Part shown: positions 1 to 9,710 of the stretch, one piece after another
Layout: every line of letters begins with the position of its first letter
How positions within the stretch are numbered: the first letter of the stretch is position 1
Source of the DNA: Chitinophagales bacterium
Lineage (GTDB): Bacteria; Bacteroidota; Bacteroidia; Chitinophagales; LD1
Assembly (NCBI GenBank): GCA_026129525.1
Contig: JAHCHW010000010.1
Location: forward strand, 68,840 to 132,839
Length of the DNA: 64,000 nucleotides
Direction: 5' to 3'
The notes under the pieces: generated by a model
What the model saw: the letters and a program-made list of their open reading frames with translations, nothing else
Databases searched by the model: none
What the model was told of the DNA's origin: nothing
Translations under genes and position numbers: made by a program

Positions 1-107
1 ATTGGTGAAAAGGATGAGCGGTGTAAGAACTGCTAAGAGAAAATACTTCATAGTTTATGTTTAGTTTCTTGGATTAACGAATTGAATAAATGTCAGGACT
101 TTAAATT

Positions 108-1187
108 TTAGTATCTCGGGTTAAACAGGTAATTATCTTCTTTCGGGATAAACAAGTTACCGATATAGCTTAACGTAATTTCAAAAGCCTGTGGCATGGC
201 ACCGCCTATGTTCTTGTAATCTTTGTATTGACGACCAAGGTGAGCATCGTAAGCAAATCCTGCGCGGAAGTTTTTGTATTCAAATCCGATTTTAGGAATA
301 ATGGTGTAGTTCTGTTTGTTCATACGGTTCCACAAGCCAAGGAATAGAGTGGCTCTTTTTGAAGGGTCGGTATCTTTCTTTACATGCAAACCTGCTGTTA
401 AGCCAAAATTGGTTTCTGTAGCTTTTGCCTGTGTTTGGAATAAACATCCGGGAATTAACACCGCTGCATCCTTAATGTCAAATTCAAATCCACCGTGTAC
501 GGTATGGCGCATTGGAATTCTGAAATCCTGAATGCTATTCAATACATAATCTTGCTTATAGCGGGTAGCATTGTTAAGCGAGTAACCTGCGTAAACTTTC
601 ATACCTTTGTAAAAATCATACTTGGCAAATAAACCGGCATTGAATGCCCCTTTTAGTTTCATACCTTGCGAAAGCGATTCTCCTGCTAAGCTTTGGTCGT
701 AAGAAAAACCGCTTGGATTGCTCGGGTCAGAATAGAAGCCATCGTAAAACTGAAGTTTGGCAAAGTCGGCTTTGTTCAATACTACACCACCCTGAAAGCC
801 CAAACCTAATTGAAACTTATTGTTAGGTCCAAAGCCCATGTTGTAGGCTACCGAACCGAGTATGTGGTTAATGTTGAAAGTTTTACCGTTTTGCTGGTCG
901 TTCACAAAAACTAATCCTACACCTAAGGCTCCTTTCTTGATTTTTTCGCGAAGCAGCGAAAAGTCAAGACTTACCGAAGGTGTTGAAAATGCCGGTCGGT
1001 TTTGCGTTAGTCCGGGCCACTGGTTTCGGTAAATACCGGTAATGCGGTAAAAGCCGTTGAAATTTCCTGTTAATGCAGGGTTAAGGGTTAATGGTGAAGC
1101 ATAAAACTGCGAGAAGTGAATGTCTTGTGCATTCAGGCTTAATGTTCCCAGCAGAAAAGCTACGATTACGTAGAGTCTTACTTTCAT
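108..1187 (-). CDS. T9SS membrane protein, PorP/SprF family
   Basis: 359 aa. Signal peptide, then QDIHFSQFYASPLTLNPALTG, the family's N-terminal signature. Lies directly downstream of a type-B CTD cargo gene. Confidence 0.85.
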   Translation of the reverse strand: MKVRLYVIVAFLLGTLSLNAQDIHFSQFYASPLTLNPALTGNFNGFYRITGIYRNQWPGLTQNRPAFSTPSVSLDFSLLREKIKKGALGVGLVFVNDQQNGKTFNINHILGSVAYNMGFGPNNKFQLGLGFQGGVVLNKADFAKLQFYDGFYSDPSNPSGFSYDQSLAGESLSQGMKLKGAFNAGLFAKYDFYKGMKVYAGYSLNNATRYKQDYVLNSIQDFRIPMRHTVHGGFEFDIKDAAVLIPGCLFQTQAKATETNFGLTAGLHVKKDTDPSKRATLFLGLWNRMNKQNYTIIPKIGFEYKNFRAGFAYDAHLGRQYKDYKNIGGAMPQAFEITLSYIGNLFIPKEDNYLFNPRY

Positions 1188-1237
1188 GTGCTTGAGTTAT
1201 TTATGGGGTTCAAAGAAAATAATTTTTATCAAATGTC

Positions 1238-4200
1238 TTAATGTAAAAGAGTAAATGATCCTGTAAGGTTGTAATTTAAGTATTGCTGCGGATTGTTTTG
1301 GTCAGGCCCGTATAATGTTATGTAATATACATAGGTATCTGCAGGTTGCAACACATTATTAAAAGTACCATCCCAATAACCATTTCCGCTGTAAACCAGT
1401 TGTCCCCAACGATTGTATATTCTCATTTCAACAATGCTCCAGAAATTTTGCAATGCCGCAGGAATGTATGGCCCGTAAACATCGTTTACACCATCGCCAT
1501 TAGGTGTAAATGCGTTAGGCATAGGCACTAAACCTTGCGGTATAACCGCCAACACTACCGAATCAACTGCTGTGCAACCGTGCTCATCATCGGTAGCAGT
1601 AACCCAATAAGTGGTTGTTGCCTGAGCATTTTGTACTGCCGGTGTTTGTTTGGTTGAATCATCTAAATAAACAGACGGGCTCCAAACATAGCTGAACAAT
1701 CCGGGATAACCGGCTGCATTGGCTTCCAATACACCGTTTTGCCCTACATAAATAGTTGCTGTTGGCGGATCGGCTACTGCTGCATTTACAGTGAGGCAGA
1801 AAATTTCCACACTTACTGCATCACTTACAGTACATTGGTTAGGGTCAGTAACTGTTACTGAATAGATACCGGTTCCGTTAATGTGAGTAGTTTGAGAAGT
1901 ATCAGCATTCGACCAAATGTAGGTTCCCTGCACATCGGCTGTTAAGGTTACAACAGTATCGCAACTGCAAATCCAAACTATATCTTCACCTAAATCGAGT
2001 ACCGGTGGATTAGTGCTTGTAATTTGCACAGTGTCATAATTCTTACATCCGTTATCACTTGCAACTACAGAGTATTGACCGGGAATAGAAACAACCAAAG
2101 AATCATTTACAATGCCTCCGGGATTCCATGTATACACAATACCACTTACAGCATTTACACTCAACACCGAGGTGGTTTGACCCAAGCAAATATTATAATC
2201 ACTCACCTGAATATCGGCCGCGGGATGAGGAACCGGAACAACATGAGCAGTATCCTGCGATTTAAGCACACAACCATTTTGGTCGGTTGCTGTGTAAGAG
2301 TAGTATCCTGCCTGACTTACGGTTATCTGTGGTGTGTTAGCCCCATTACTCCATACATACGTTACATAACCTGGGTCAGCTACCAATGTAATTACATCGC
2401 CTATACACACGGCTGTATCGCCCGATGGATTTACAACAATCGGATTTAATGTAAACTCGTTAACGGTAACAGTATCGGAGTTATAGAAACAATAGCCATC
2501 ATTTACACGCACCCAATAATCTTGCGAAGTGGCTGTTTGGTTAGCCGTAGTTATTGTAGCCGAAGTTTGACCGGTTGACCATAAATACGATGCATAAGGC
2601 CCACCACTTGGTGAAAGGGTAGCTGAATCGTAAGGGCATAAAGTTACATCGGCACCTAAAGTAACAGGCGCGTGTGTTCTTACATAAACCGTTACGGAGT
2701 CGTTTCCGCTACATCCGAGAGAGTCTATGGCTGTAACAAAGTATTGAGTAGTTACCGTTGGCTTGGCATAAGGACTTTTTACGGTAGTTGACGAAAGTCC
2801 AGTGGCAGGCGACCAGTTGAAGGTAGTTCCATTGCCATTAACTGTCAACTGAGCAGAATCACCCAAACATATCGAGTCAGGCAAAGAGCTAACAGTAAAA
2901 TTAAAACTACTTACGGCCACTTGTACGGTATCGCGTGTGGTACAGCCATTCCCGAAATTTGCTGTCAACACATACTGAGTTGTGCTCGTTGGCGAAGCAA
3001 CCGGATCAAAAATAGTATCGTTCGATAATCCTAATGAGGGTGTCCAAGCAATAGATTGTAAAACGCTTCCCAAATATACAGGTGTAAATCTCCAACCCTT
3101 TGCTCCGGTAAATGTTACAGCTTGGTTGTTAGCTCCCGGTACTGTATATGCAATGTTGCCGGCAGCATTTTCAATTCCCATCACGTAAGTACTATTTGTG
3201 AAGTTGGTATGGTGGAATTCTATGTTACCGTTTTCGTAAATCTGCAACTGTCCGTCAACCGAGCCACCACCACCGTAAAACGGCACATTGTTAAAGCGAA
3301 TTACTAATACTCTATTCGGAGCCGTTCCGTTTACAAAGTAATTTACAGAGCCGCCAAGGTTAAGGTTAAGGTCGCGCCAAAAGGGAGCAATCATGCTGTT
3401 TGGCAAAGCCGCATTGGGTAATGTTTGCAATACAAACGCGCTACTACCTCCGGTAAACGATATAAATCCGTTGGTGCAGATAAAATAGTTGGTTACTGGC
3501 TGGCAGAAAAAGTTGAATGGAAATGGCATAGGAAGCGAAGGGGTTAATCCATCATCCAAACTACTGAACGTTGCAGTGGTAACAGTTCCTTGTGGTGTTT
3601 GCAAAGCATACGGGATACTGCTTACAACGTATTGTGTGGTACAAACAGGAACTGATGGATACAACCATTCTCCGTCTAACTGTGCACTGTTACCGTTACA
3701 AACAACAGCATCAGGTCCTGCGCTTATGAGCACGCCTGAATCTACAAACAAACTTACGGTAGTGTCTCCCTGACAAGTTCCGTCATCAATTAGCACGGTA
3801 TAGGTTACATTATTATTAACGTTTACTGTAGGATTAGGCGTGTTAGGTAAAGAACTTCCATCAGAGCCAGTCCATGTAAAGTTGTAAGTTCCTAATGGAG
3901 CTACACACATTACAAAGCGCGTGTTAGGGCGGTTTTGTCCGGTAATCGGGCTATTCAATGCAGTACAACCGGACGAAGTTGAAAGATCGGCATTAGCCCA
4001 AAGGACAGAGTTAGTAAATGAAGTAGCTGTATAAGCCACGTTATCATACTGTGTCCATGAGCTGTTATCAAAACAAATTTCAATAATCAAGTTTGAAAAA
4101 CCATCCCAGTTGTAAGGAATGTCAAGTGTATGTGTATTCCAACCTGTAGTAGTAGTGTACGCAACAGGGTTCCCCACCGTGGCTAACCCCGGAACAAACG

Positions 4201-6247
4201 AACTGGGTAATTGGCTGAGCGAGGTACATCCCATTTTAATAGTAAAATCGTTGTACGGTTGAGTGCTGTTCTTAGTAATTACGTTAAAAGCAATATCGGT
4301 AATCGCACCTGCTGCTAAGCCCAATGCCTGCAACTCAGATGCACGATACAAATACTGAACTCTTCCATCCATCCAAAAACCAACATAGGGCGTTACATTC
4401 ACTCCAGCCGAAGCGGCACCCGTTCCTGCATCCTGCATGGCAAATGAACTACCTGGCAAGCACGGGTCCTGCGGGTCGTTCACCGGGCCGCAGTCAAGTG
4501 CTTTCACCAACGAGTTAAGCGTAACCGATGTTCCCGGACATACATAATTAGATGATGGATTTACTACAATTTTGGGAGCAACACCGTTTATCACTATCCG
4601 GATGCTATCGCGCACAATACATCCACTTGCTGAAACCACGGTAACATGATACATAGTAGTAGAAGTGGGGCGAACAGATGTCGTTTGTGCATTCGGAGTT
4701 TGAATGCCTGTATTTATAGGTCCCCATGAGTAGGTGAAAGGACCTTCGCTTAAAGGTGATGGAGTAACCGTTACCGGAGTGCTGGCGTTCAAACAGATTG
4801 TATCATCAGGCGTAGAAGTTTGGGTGGTGAAACTAGCTACGTTGAAAATTGTTATTGTATCACGGTTTTTGCATCCACCTTGTAAATCGCTCTGCACAAT
4901 ATAAGTGGTAGTAGTTGACGGAGCAAAAGACACCACCGAACTATCCTGATTAGAACTTACGATTCCCGTGGTAGGTGTCCATGAAAAATGATTTCCGCCA
5001 AATACATTTACCTGTACAGGACCACTGCCGGTGCAGTAGGCTCTGTCGGGTCCAGCATCGGTACCATCCAATACACTTATTTGATAAGTGAACAACTGTA
5101 AGCCTGTGATAGGACATGCATTATCTTCAAACTGTATAGTAAAGTAACGAAAGCCTGTATCTAAGCCACTCGGTGTCCAAGTAAACACTACTTGTACTGA
5201 ATCAGGTGAACCTACTTGTGTAGTAGTTAAGGTAGCTCCCGGAATTGATTGTGCTAAGTTTGACGAAACGGTAATAGGCTGTGCGTTCGGATCGCGGGCG
5301 CCAATAGTAAAACTCATTGTTTGTCCGGGGCAAACACCTAAGGTAGTGCAATTAATAACCGTGGCGCCTGTTACATTATTAAGTGTAAGGCAACTATTCA
5401 CTACAGGTGCAGCATTAGAGCAGTTAACAATTACGATTTGTATATCGCGCATGGTAGTTCCTATCAGTACGCCATTGCGATATTCACTAACCAACACATC
5501 TACAACATAAACACCTTGCTGTGTTGGAGTAAAAGTCATTTGCCCCGTTTGTTGATTAAAGTTGAAACCACTGGCAGTAGGCATAGGATTGGTAGCCGAA
5601 AAGGCTCCTGTGAATGGTATATTACCGCCTAAGTCATTTAATGGAGGTATTAGAGTATAAACAAGGGAATCGCCATCTAAGTCAATAGCACCATGTGAAT
5701 AATTAACCGGTTGCCCTAAACAAAAATACGGTACAGGCAACGATGAAAAAGTTGGCGCATTTTGGCACGTTACAAGGTTACTGTTAAGCGTTGCCCGCAC
5801 CATAAAACCTTGCGAAGTAGGCGAAACTATATTATTAGATGGATTCCGACAGCAATCATCATAAGAGAATGTATAAATACCGCAATTGGGCTGAAGCGTA
5901 ACAGTTGCTAAATAAGTATACACCCTAACTCCCGGCAATGAACCACCTTGACAAGTAGAAACAGCCGTAGGGCATAATTGCGAAACTTCAACACCCCAAT
6001 TCTGAGGGTCTTGAGTAGCGGTAATTGTTTGTGTGCCACAATTGGAATTGATATCCACGGGAATGGTATTGGGAACCGCCACACCGCTGCAATCGCGGTA
6101 AATGGTTACAACTATTTGATATTGATTACCTCCTAAACATCGGTAAGTGATGTCGGAACCCATAATGTGCGATGCAGTTGCCTCGAAAGCGGGAAACAGC
6201 AAAAGGGCAATAACTAAATTACGGAAGAACGTAAAGAACTTTCTCAT
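1238..6247 (-). CDS. Giant cell-surface adhesin with T9SS type-B (gliding motility-associated) C-terminal sorting domain
   Basis: C-terminus PNAFTPNGDGVNDVY...IYNRWGQLVY...WDG matches the type-B CTD. Cys-rich N-terminal module (SHIMGSDITYRCLGGNQY...YRDC) and many Ig-like repeats. I start at ATG 6247 (MRKFFTFF, a signal peptide) rather than the track's TTG at 6325. Confidence 0.85.
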   Translation of the reverse strand: MRKFFTFFRNLVIALLLFPAFEATASHIMGSDITYRCLGGNQYQIVVTIYRDCSGVAVPNTIPVDINSNCGTQTITATQDPQNWGVEVSQLCPTAVSTCQGGSLPGVRVYTYLATVTLQPNCGIYTFSYDDCCRNPSNNIVSPTSQGFMVRATLNSNLVTCQNAPTFSSLPVPYFCLGQPVNYSHGAIDLDGDSLVYTLIPPLNDLGGNIPFTGAFSATNPMPTASGFNFNQQTGQMTFTPTQQGVYVVDVLVSEYRNGVLIGTTMRDIQIVIVNCSNAAPVVNSCLTLNNVTGATVINCTTLGVCPGQTMSFTIGARDPNAQPITVSSNLAQSIPGATLTTTQVGSPDSVQVVFTWTPSGLDTGFRYFTIQFEDNACPITGLQLFTYQISVLDGTDAGPDRAYCTGSGPVQVNVFGGNHFSWTPTTGIVSSNQDSSVVSFAPSTTTTYIVQSDLQGGCKNRDTITIFNVASFTTQTSTPDDTICLNASTPVTVTPSPLSEGPFTYSWGPINTGIQTPNAQTTSVRPTSTTMYHVTVVSASGCIVRDSIRIVINGVAPKIVVNPSSNYVCPGTSVTLNSLVKALDCGPVNDPQDPCLPGSSFAMQDAGTGAASAGVNVTPYVGFWMDGRVQYLYRASELQALGLAAGAITDIAFNVITKNSTQPYNDFTIKMGCTSLSQLPSSFVPGLATVGNPVAYTTTTGWNTHTLDIPYNWDGFSNLIIEICFDNSSWTQYDNVAYTATSFTNSVLWANADLSTSSGCTALNSPITGQNRPNTRFVMCVAPLGTYNFTWTGSDGSSLPNTPNPTVNVNNNVTYTVLIDDGTCQGDTTVSLFVDSGVLISAGPDAVVCNGNSAQLDGEWLYPSVPVCTTQYVVSSIPYALQTPQGTVTTATFSSLDDGLTPSLPMPFPFNFFCQPVTNYFICTNGFISFTGGSSAFVLQTLPNAALPNSMIAPFWRDLNLNLGGSVNYFVNGTAPNRVLVIRFNNVPFYGGGGSVDGQLQIYENGNIEFHHTNFTNSTYVMGIENAAGNIAYTVPGANNQAVTFTGAKGWRFTPVYLGSVLQSIAWTPSLGLSNDTIFDPVASPTSTTQYVLTANFGNGCTTRDTVQVAVSSFNFTVSSLPDSICLGDSAQLTVNGNGTTFNWSPATGLSSTTVKSPYAKPTVTTQYFVTAIDSLGCSGNDSVTVYVRTHAPVTLGADVTLCPYDSATLSPSGGPYASYLWSTGQTSATITTANQTATSQDYWVRVNDGYCFYNSDTVTVNEFTLNPIVVNPSGDTAVCIGDVITLVADPGYVTYVWSNGANTPQITVSQAGYYSYTATDQNGCVLKSQDTAHVVPVPHPAADIQVSDYNICLGQTTSVLSVNAVSGIVYTWNPGGIVNDSLVVSIPGQYSVVASDNGCKNYDTVQITSTNPPVLDLGEDIVWICSCDTVVTLTADVQGTYIWSNADTSQTTHINGTGIYSVTVTDPNQCTVSDAVSVEIFCLTVNAAVADPPTATIYVGQNGVLEANAAGYPGLFSYVWSPSVYLDDSTKQTPAVQNAQATTTYWVTATDDEHGCTAVDSVVLAVIPQGLVPMPNAFTPNGDGVNDVYGPYIPAALQNFWSIVEMRIYNRWGQLVYSGNGYWDGTFNNVLQPADTYVYYITLYGPDQNNPQQYLNYNLTGSFTLLH

Positions 6248-6282
6248 AAGCAGTGTTGGTGTATCCTTAACAATAATTGTCG

Positions 6283-6290
6283 CAAAAATA
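6283..6290 (-). promoter_or_regulatory. Candidate Bacteroidota -7 promoter box (TATTTTTG = TAnnTTTG) for the adhesin gene
   Basis: Exact TAnnTTTG match on the minus strand, 35 nt upstream of ATG 6247. Confidence 0.3.
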
Positions 6291-6400
6291 ACTTTTTGCT
6301 TAACAAAAGTTGGTTTTTGCCACAAAAAGACAACATAGTAATGTTGACAGTTTACTTACACAACTGTCTAATCATCTCTTGCATTTTTTTCTAAAGTTTC

Positions 6401-6408
6401 TACATTTG
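6401..6408 (+). promoter_or_regulatory. Candidate -7 promoter box (TACATTTG)
   Basis: Exact TAnnTTTG match, 45 nt upstream of ATG 6454. Confidence 0.3.
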
Positions 6409-6453
6409 CCGCCATCAGTTGTAATCATTTAACTAACCAAAATCAAAAACAGT

Positions 6454-6894
6454 ATGAAAAAGATTTTCAAAACATTTTTAGCAGTAGCGGCTTTTGCAGC
6501 CATTACAGGTATTACCTCTTGCACCAAAGTATGCGACAACGGATATGAAGGCGACAAGTGTGATGTTCAGTGGAGAACAAAATTCATCGGCACCTATCAG
6601 TTTGCTGATGTTTGCCCTTCGGGAAACTATACAGGAACAGCAACTATCACTGTTTCGGCAAACAATGTTGTTACCATCCTTTTAACTAACTACGCAGGCA
6701 TTGGTAGCAGCGCCACCATTAACGGCACATTAGATGAATCAAACAAAGTGGTAATCAGCAGCCAGGCAGCAGCCGGATTTACCATTAACAATGCTACCGG
6801 AACAATGACCAACAACATTATTAATTGGACGTACACAATTACTGATGGCGCCAGCAATACTGAAACATGCACATCCACATGGACTAAGCAGTAG
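6454..6894 (+). CDS. Small lipoprotein, function unknown
   Basis: 146 aa. Signal peptide with lipobox-like ITGITSC, Cys-rich start, Thr/Asn-rich body. Confidence 0.6.
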   Translation: MKKIFKTFLAVAAFAAITGITSCTKVCDNGYEGDKCDVQWRTKFIGTYQFADVCPSGNYTGTATITVSANNVVTILLTNYAGIGSSATINGTLDESNKVVISSQAAAGFTINNATGTMTNNIINWTYTITDGASNTETCTSTWTKQ

Positions 6895-7007
6895 TAAAAT
6901 CTATAATCTACACAAACAGGATGTGATATCTTAAATTTAAAAATCATATCCTTCGTTAGTTGCAGTTTGCATTATGAAAATACCTGTTTAGTTACATTAC
7001 TAAGCCC

Positions 7008-7054
7008 ACACATACAAAAATGGCTACCTTTTGGGTAGCCATTTTTGTATGTGT
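7008..7054. terminator. Bidirectional intrinsic terminator hairpin between convergent genes
   Basis: Perfect 21-bp inverted repeat acacatacaaaaatggctacc / ggtagccatttttgtatgtgt with a 5-nt loop. A/T runs inside the arms give a U-tract in both directions. Confidence 0.7.
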
Positions 7055-7095
7055 ATACTTGCTTGGGGTGTCTGGTTGTGATAATTTATTGATTG

Positions 7096-7704
7096 TTATT
7101 TTCTCTCTATATCATACAACTCTCCGCTTTCCAGCATTTGCAACAACTCGGCCTTGGTAAAGCCTACCGAATAATCGGTAAATGCTTCATCGCCTTTGGC
7201 TTTAATATCGGAAAGTCCTGAAAGTTTGTTCGACTCGTATTCGTTGAGTTTTACAAACACCGTATCGGCATCGGTATAATCAACTTTGTAGAGGGTGTAA
7301 CTTTTGCTGTCACTTTTTATCTCGTAAATATCACCGGCTTTGGGGTCGTTAATATAGGCAAGATTTTCCTTCTTATCTTGATTAGAAGCGTATGCTCCCC
7401 ACAAAACCAAAGCTGCAATAATGCCCAACCCTGCAAAAGTCCACTTCGGTGTGGTGCTTTGCATTTTCAGGCGGTCGTACGTTTCGCGGTATGACGAAGG
7501 CATATCCTTTACCTCCAATACCTGTTTGCAGTTGCTGCATTCAGATGCGCCTATCTTACCGATAGGAAACAGCGGTATCCAAAAAACATGTGCATAGCGC
7601 TGAAAAGCGCTTACTGAAACTGAGTTATCGGTGCCGCAATTGGCACATTTGTCGGGCACGGCATCTGTTTGCAGATGGGTGGCGCGAGTTCCGTAAATAA
7701 TCAT
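7096..7704 (-). CDS. Zinc-ribbon membrane protein, function unknown
   Basis: 202 aa. CxxC...CxxC pairs (CANCG, CSNCK), one predicted TM helix (FAGLGIIAALVLWGAY), and a soluble C-terminal domain. Confidence 0.55.
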   Translation of the reverse strand: MIIYGTRATHLQTDAVPDKCANCGTDNSVSVSAFQRYAHVFWIPLFPIGKIGASECSNCKQVLEVKDMPSSYRETYDRLKMQSTTPKWTFAGLGIIAALVLWGAYASNQDKKENLAYINDPKAGDIYEIKSDSKSYTLYKVDYTDADTVFVKLNEYESNKLSGLSDIKAKGDEAFTDYSVGFTKAELLQMLESGELYDIERK

Positions 7705-7719
7705 GGTGTATGGTGTGGT

Positions 7720-9522
7720 TTAGTTTAAGTTGGTTTCGCTGTCTTTGTATAACTCTTCAACATGCGGTGCGTAGCGTTCGTAAATTATTTTGCGTTTCAC
7801 TTTCATGGTGGGCGTTAACTCACCCGCTTCTACCGTCCACTCTTGTGTTAGCAGTTTGAACTTTTTCACTTGCTCCCACTTGCCAAAATCGCGGTTGTAT
7901 TTCTCTACTTCTTCGTTTATGAGCGCTTTAATCTTGTCGTTGTTCACAATCTGCTCGTTGCTTTCTGCAGGTATTCCGTTTTCCTTGCACCAGTCTTGTA
8001 GGTTAACAAACGAAGGTACAATAAGCGCACTCACAAACTTTTTATCATCTCCGCCTACGACCATCATTTGCTCAATAAAGCGGCTTTCTTTCATTTTGTT
8101 TTCAATTACCTGGGGTGCAATGTATTTGCCTCCGGCTGTTTTAAACAATTCTTTTTTACGGTCGGTAATTTTCAAGAACTTATTGCCGAAACCGTTATCT
8201 ACCCAAGTGCCTATATCACCGGTATGAAACCATCCGTCTTTGTCAATCACCTCTGCTGTTAAATCAGGACGGTTGTAGTAGCCTTTCATAATGTTTGGTC
8301 CGCGGGCAATTATCTCACCATCTTCTGCAAGTTTAACTTCCACTCCCGGAATTGGAATCCCCACTGCGCCAATACAACGTTCTTTCTCATCCATACGGTT
8401 GGCGCAAAGCACAGGAGCTGTTTCGGTTAATCCGTAACCTTCAAGGACACTTATTCCCGCTGCGGTAAACAACTTAATTAGCCGCGGCTGCATAGCAGCA
8501 GCACCCGTAACAATAAATTGCACTTCGCCACCGAGCGCCTCTAACCATTTACTGAAAACCAATTTGCGGGCAATACCCAGTTTAAAATTATACCACCATC
8601 CTTTGTTACCACCCAATTCGTACTGTGCGCCAAGGTCAATACTCCAAAAGAAAAGTTTGCGTTTAAAGCCTGTAAGCTCATTGCCTTTTGCCATTATTTT
8701 TTCGTACACCTTTTCCAACAAACGCGGAACGGTGGTAAAGCAATAGGGTTTTACTTCTTTCAGGTTTTCGCCAATGGTTTCAAGATTTTCGGCATAGTGA
8801 ATATGAATGCCAAAAGCAAGGTAACTGAAAAACACCATGCGCTCAAAGCTGTGGCAAAGTGGAAGAAAACTGAGCGATCGTTGCCGCTCACTGAAAGGCG
8901 TTACCTGCTGCACACTTTGTATGTTGCTCACAATATTTTTATGGGTAAGCATTACACCTTTAGGGTTACCTGTTGTACCCGATGTGTAAATAATGGTGGC
9001 AAGGTCTTCTTCGGTAACTACATTTTTTCGTCTTGTTATTTCTGCACTATCTACTTCTTGCGGAAGCGAGTCAAGCAGATTGGGTACACCACCTACTTTA
9101 TCAAAAACATAAATACCTTTAAGTGTTGCTACCCTGCCCATAAGCGGCTGCACACGTTTTAAAATATCTGCATCGCCAACAAAGGCATATTGCACTCCGG
9201 CATCATTAAAAATAAACTCGTAATCCTTTTCAGAGATAGTAGGGTACATGGGCACATTAATCAGGCCTATTTGCTGCGATGCAAGGTCAACAAAGTTCCA
9301 TTCGGTTCGGTTGGTGCTTATAATAGCAATCTTATCATCCTTCTGTAAGCCAAGGTTAATGAACAACTGACTTACACGGTCAACCATTTGTTGGGTATCC
9401 TTAAAAGTGTAGTGTTTCCATACTTTCCCTTCGGCACCTTGCACTTTGGAGGCAATAAAGGGGGCATCGGGATTTTGTTCAATTTGGTGAGTAAGGAAGT
9501 CGAAGAGGCGTTTGATTTCCAT
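7720..9522 (-). CDS. Long-chain fatty-acid--CoA ligase (AMP-dependent synthetase/ligase)
   Basis: 600 aa. AMP-binding motif YTSGTTGNPKGV and later TGDIG...KITDRKKELFK. Confidence 0.85.
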   Translation of the reverse strand: MEIKRLFDFLTHQIEQNPDAPFIASKVQGAEGKVWKHYTFKDTQQMVDRVSQLFINLGLQKDDKIAIISTNRTEWNFVDLASQQIGLINVPMYPTISEKDYEFIFNDAGVQYAFVGDADILKRVQPLMGRVATLKGIYVFDKVGGVPNLLDSLPQEVDSAEITRRKNVVTEEDLATIIYTSGTTGNPKGVMLTHKNIVSNIQSVQQVTPFSERQRSLSFLPLCHSFERMVFFSYLAFGIHIHYAENLETIGENLKEVKPYCFTTVPRLLEKVYEKIMAKGNELTGFKRKLFFWSIDLGAQYELGGNKGWWYNFKLGIARKLVFSKWLEALGGEVQFIVTGAAAMQPRLIKLFTAAGISVLEGYGLTETAPVLCANRMDEKERCIGAVGIPIPGVEVKLAEDGEIIARGPNIMKGYYNRPDLTAEVIDKDGWFHTGDIGTWVDNGFGNKFLKITDRKKELFKTAGGKYIAPQVIENKMKESRFIEQMMVVGGDDKKFVSALIVPSFVNLQDWCKENGIPAESNEQIVNNDKIKALINEEVEKYNRDFGKWEQVKKFKLLTQEWTVEAGELTPTMKVKRKIIYERYAPHVEELYKDSETNLN

Positions 9523-9687
9523 GACTTTTGATTTAAGTGAGGAAAATAAAAAAGTTTAAGCCTTTAGTTATAGTTTGCCTGTTTAATTTTTTCATAAAAC
9601 GTCCCCAATGGCTACCCACATTAAACCTTGTACAAATCAGTTCCTAACATTTAATCAACACAACTTTAAAACTTACCGCTCTATGTG

Positions 9688-9695
9688 TATTTTTG
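9688..9695 (+). promoter_or_regulatory. Candidate -7 promoter box (TATTTTTG) for pyrG
   Basis: Exact TAnnTTTG match, 15 nt upstream of ATG 9711, implying a very short leader. Confidence 0.35.
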
Positions 9696-9710
9696 TGAAA
9701 CCCTTTTACA

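Noticed and set aside
6248-6325. N-terminal extensions in the track for several genes: 6325, 22046, 23816, 24468, 31335, 35481, 35975, 37747, 41216, 52808, 53910, 56572, 58440.
   Set aside because: Internal ATG codons give proper signal peptides or conserved N-termini and remove overlaps with upstream genes. Where I checked the codon (6325, 31434, 34397, 41216) the extension began at TTG, and the extensions encode implausible sequence.
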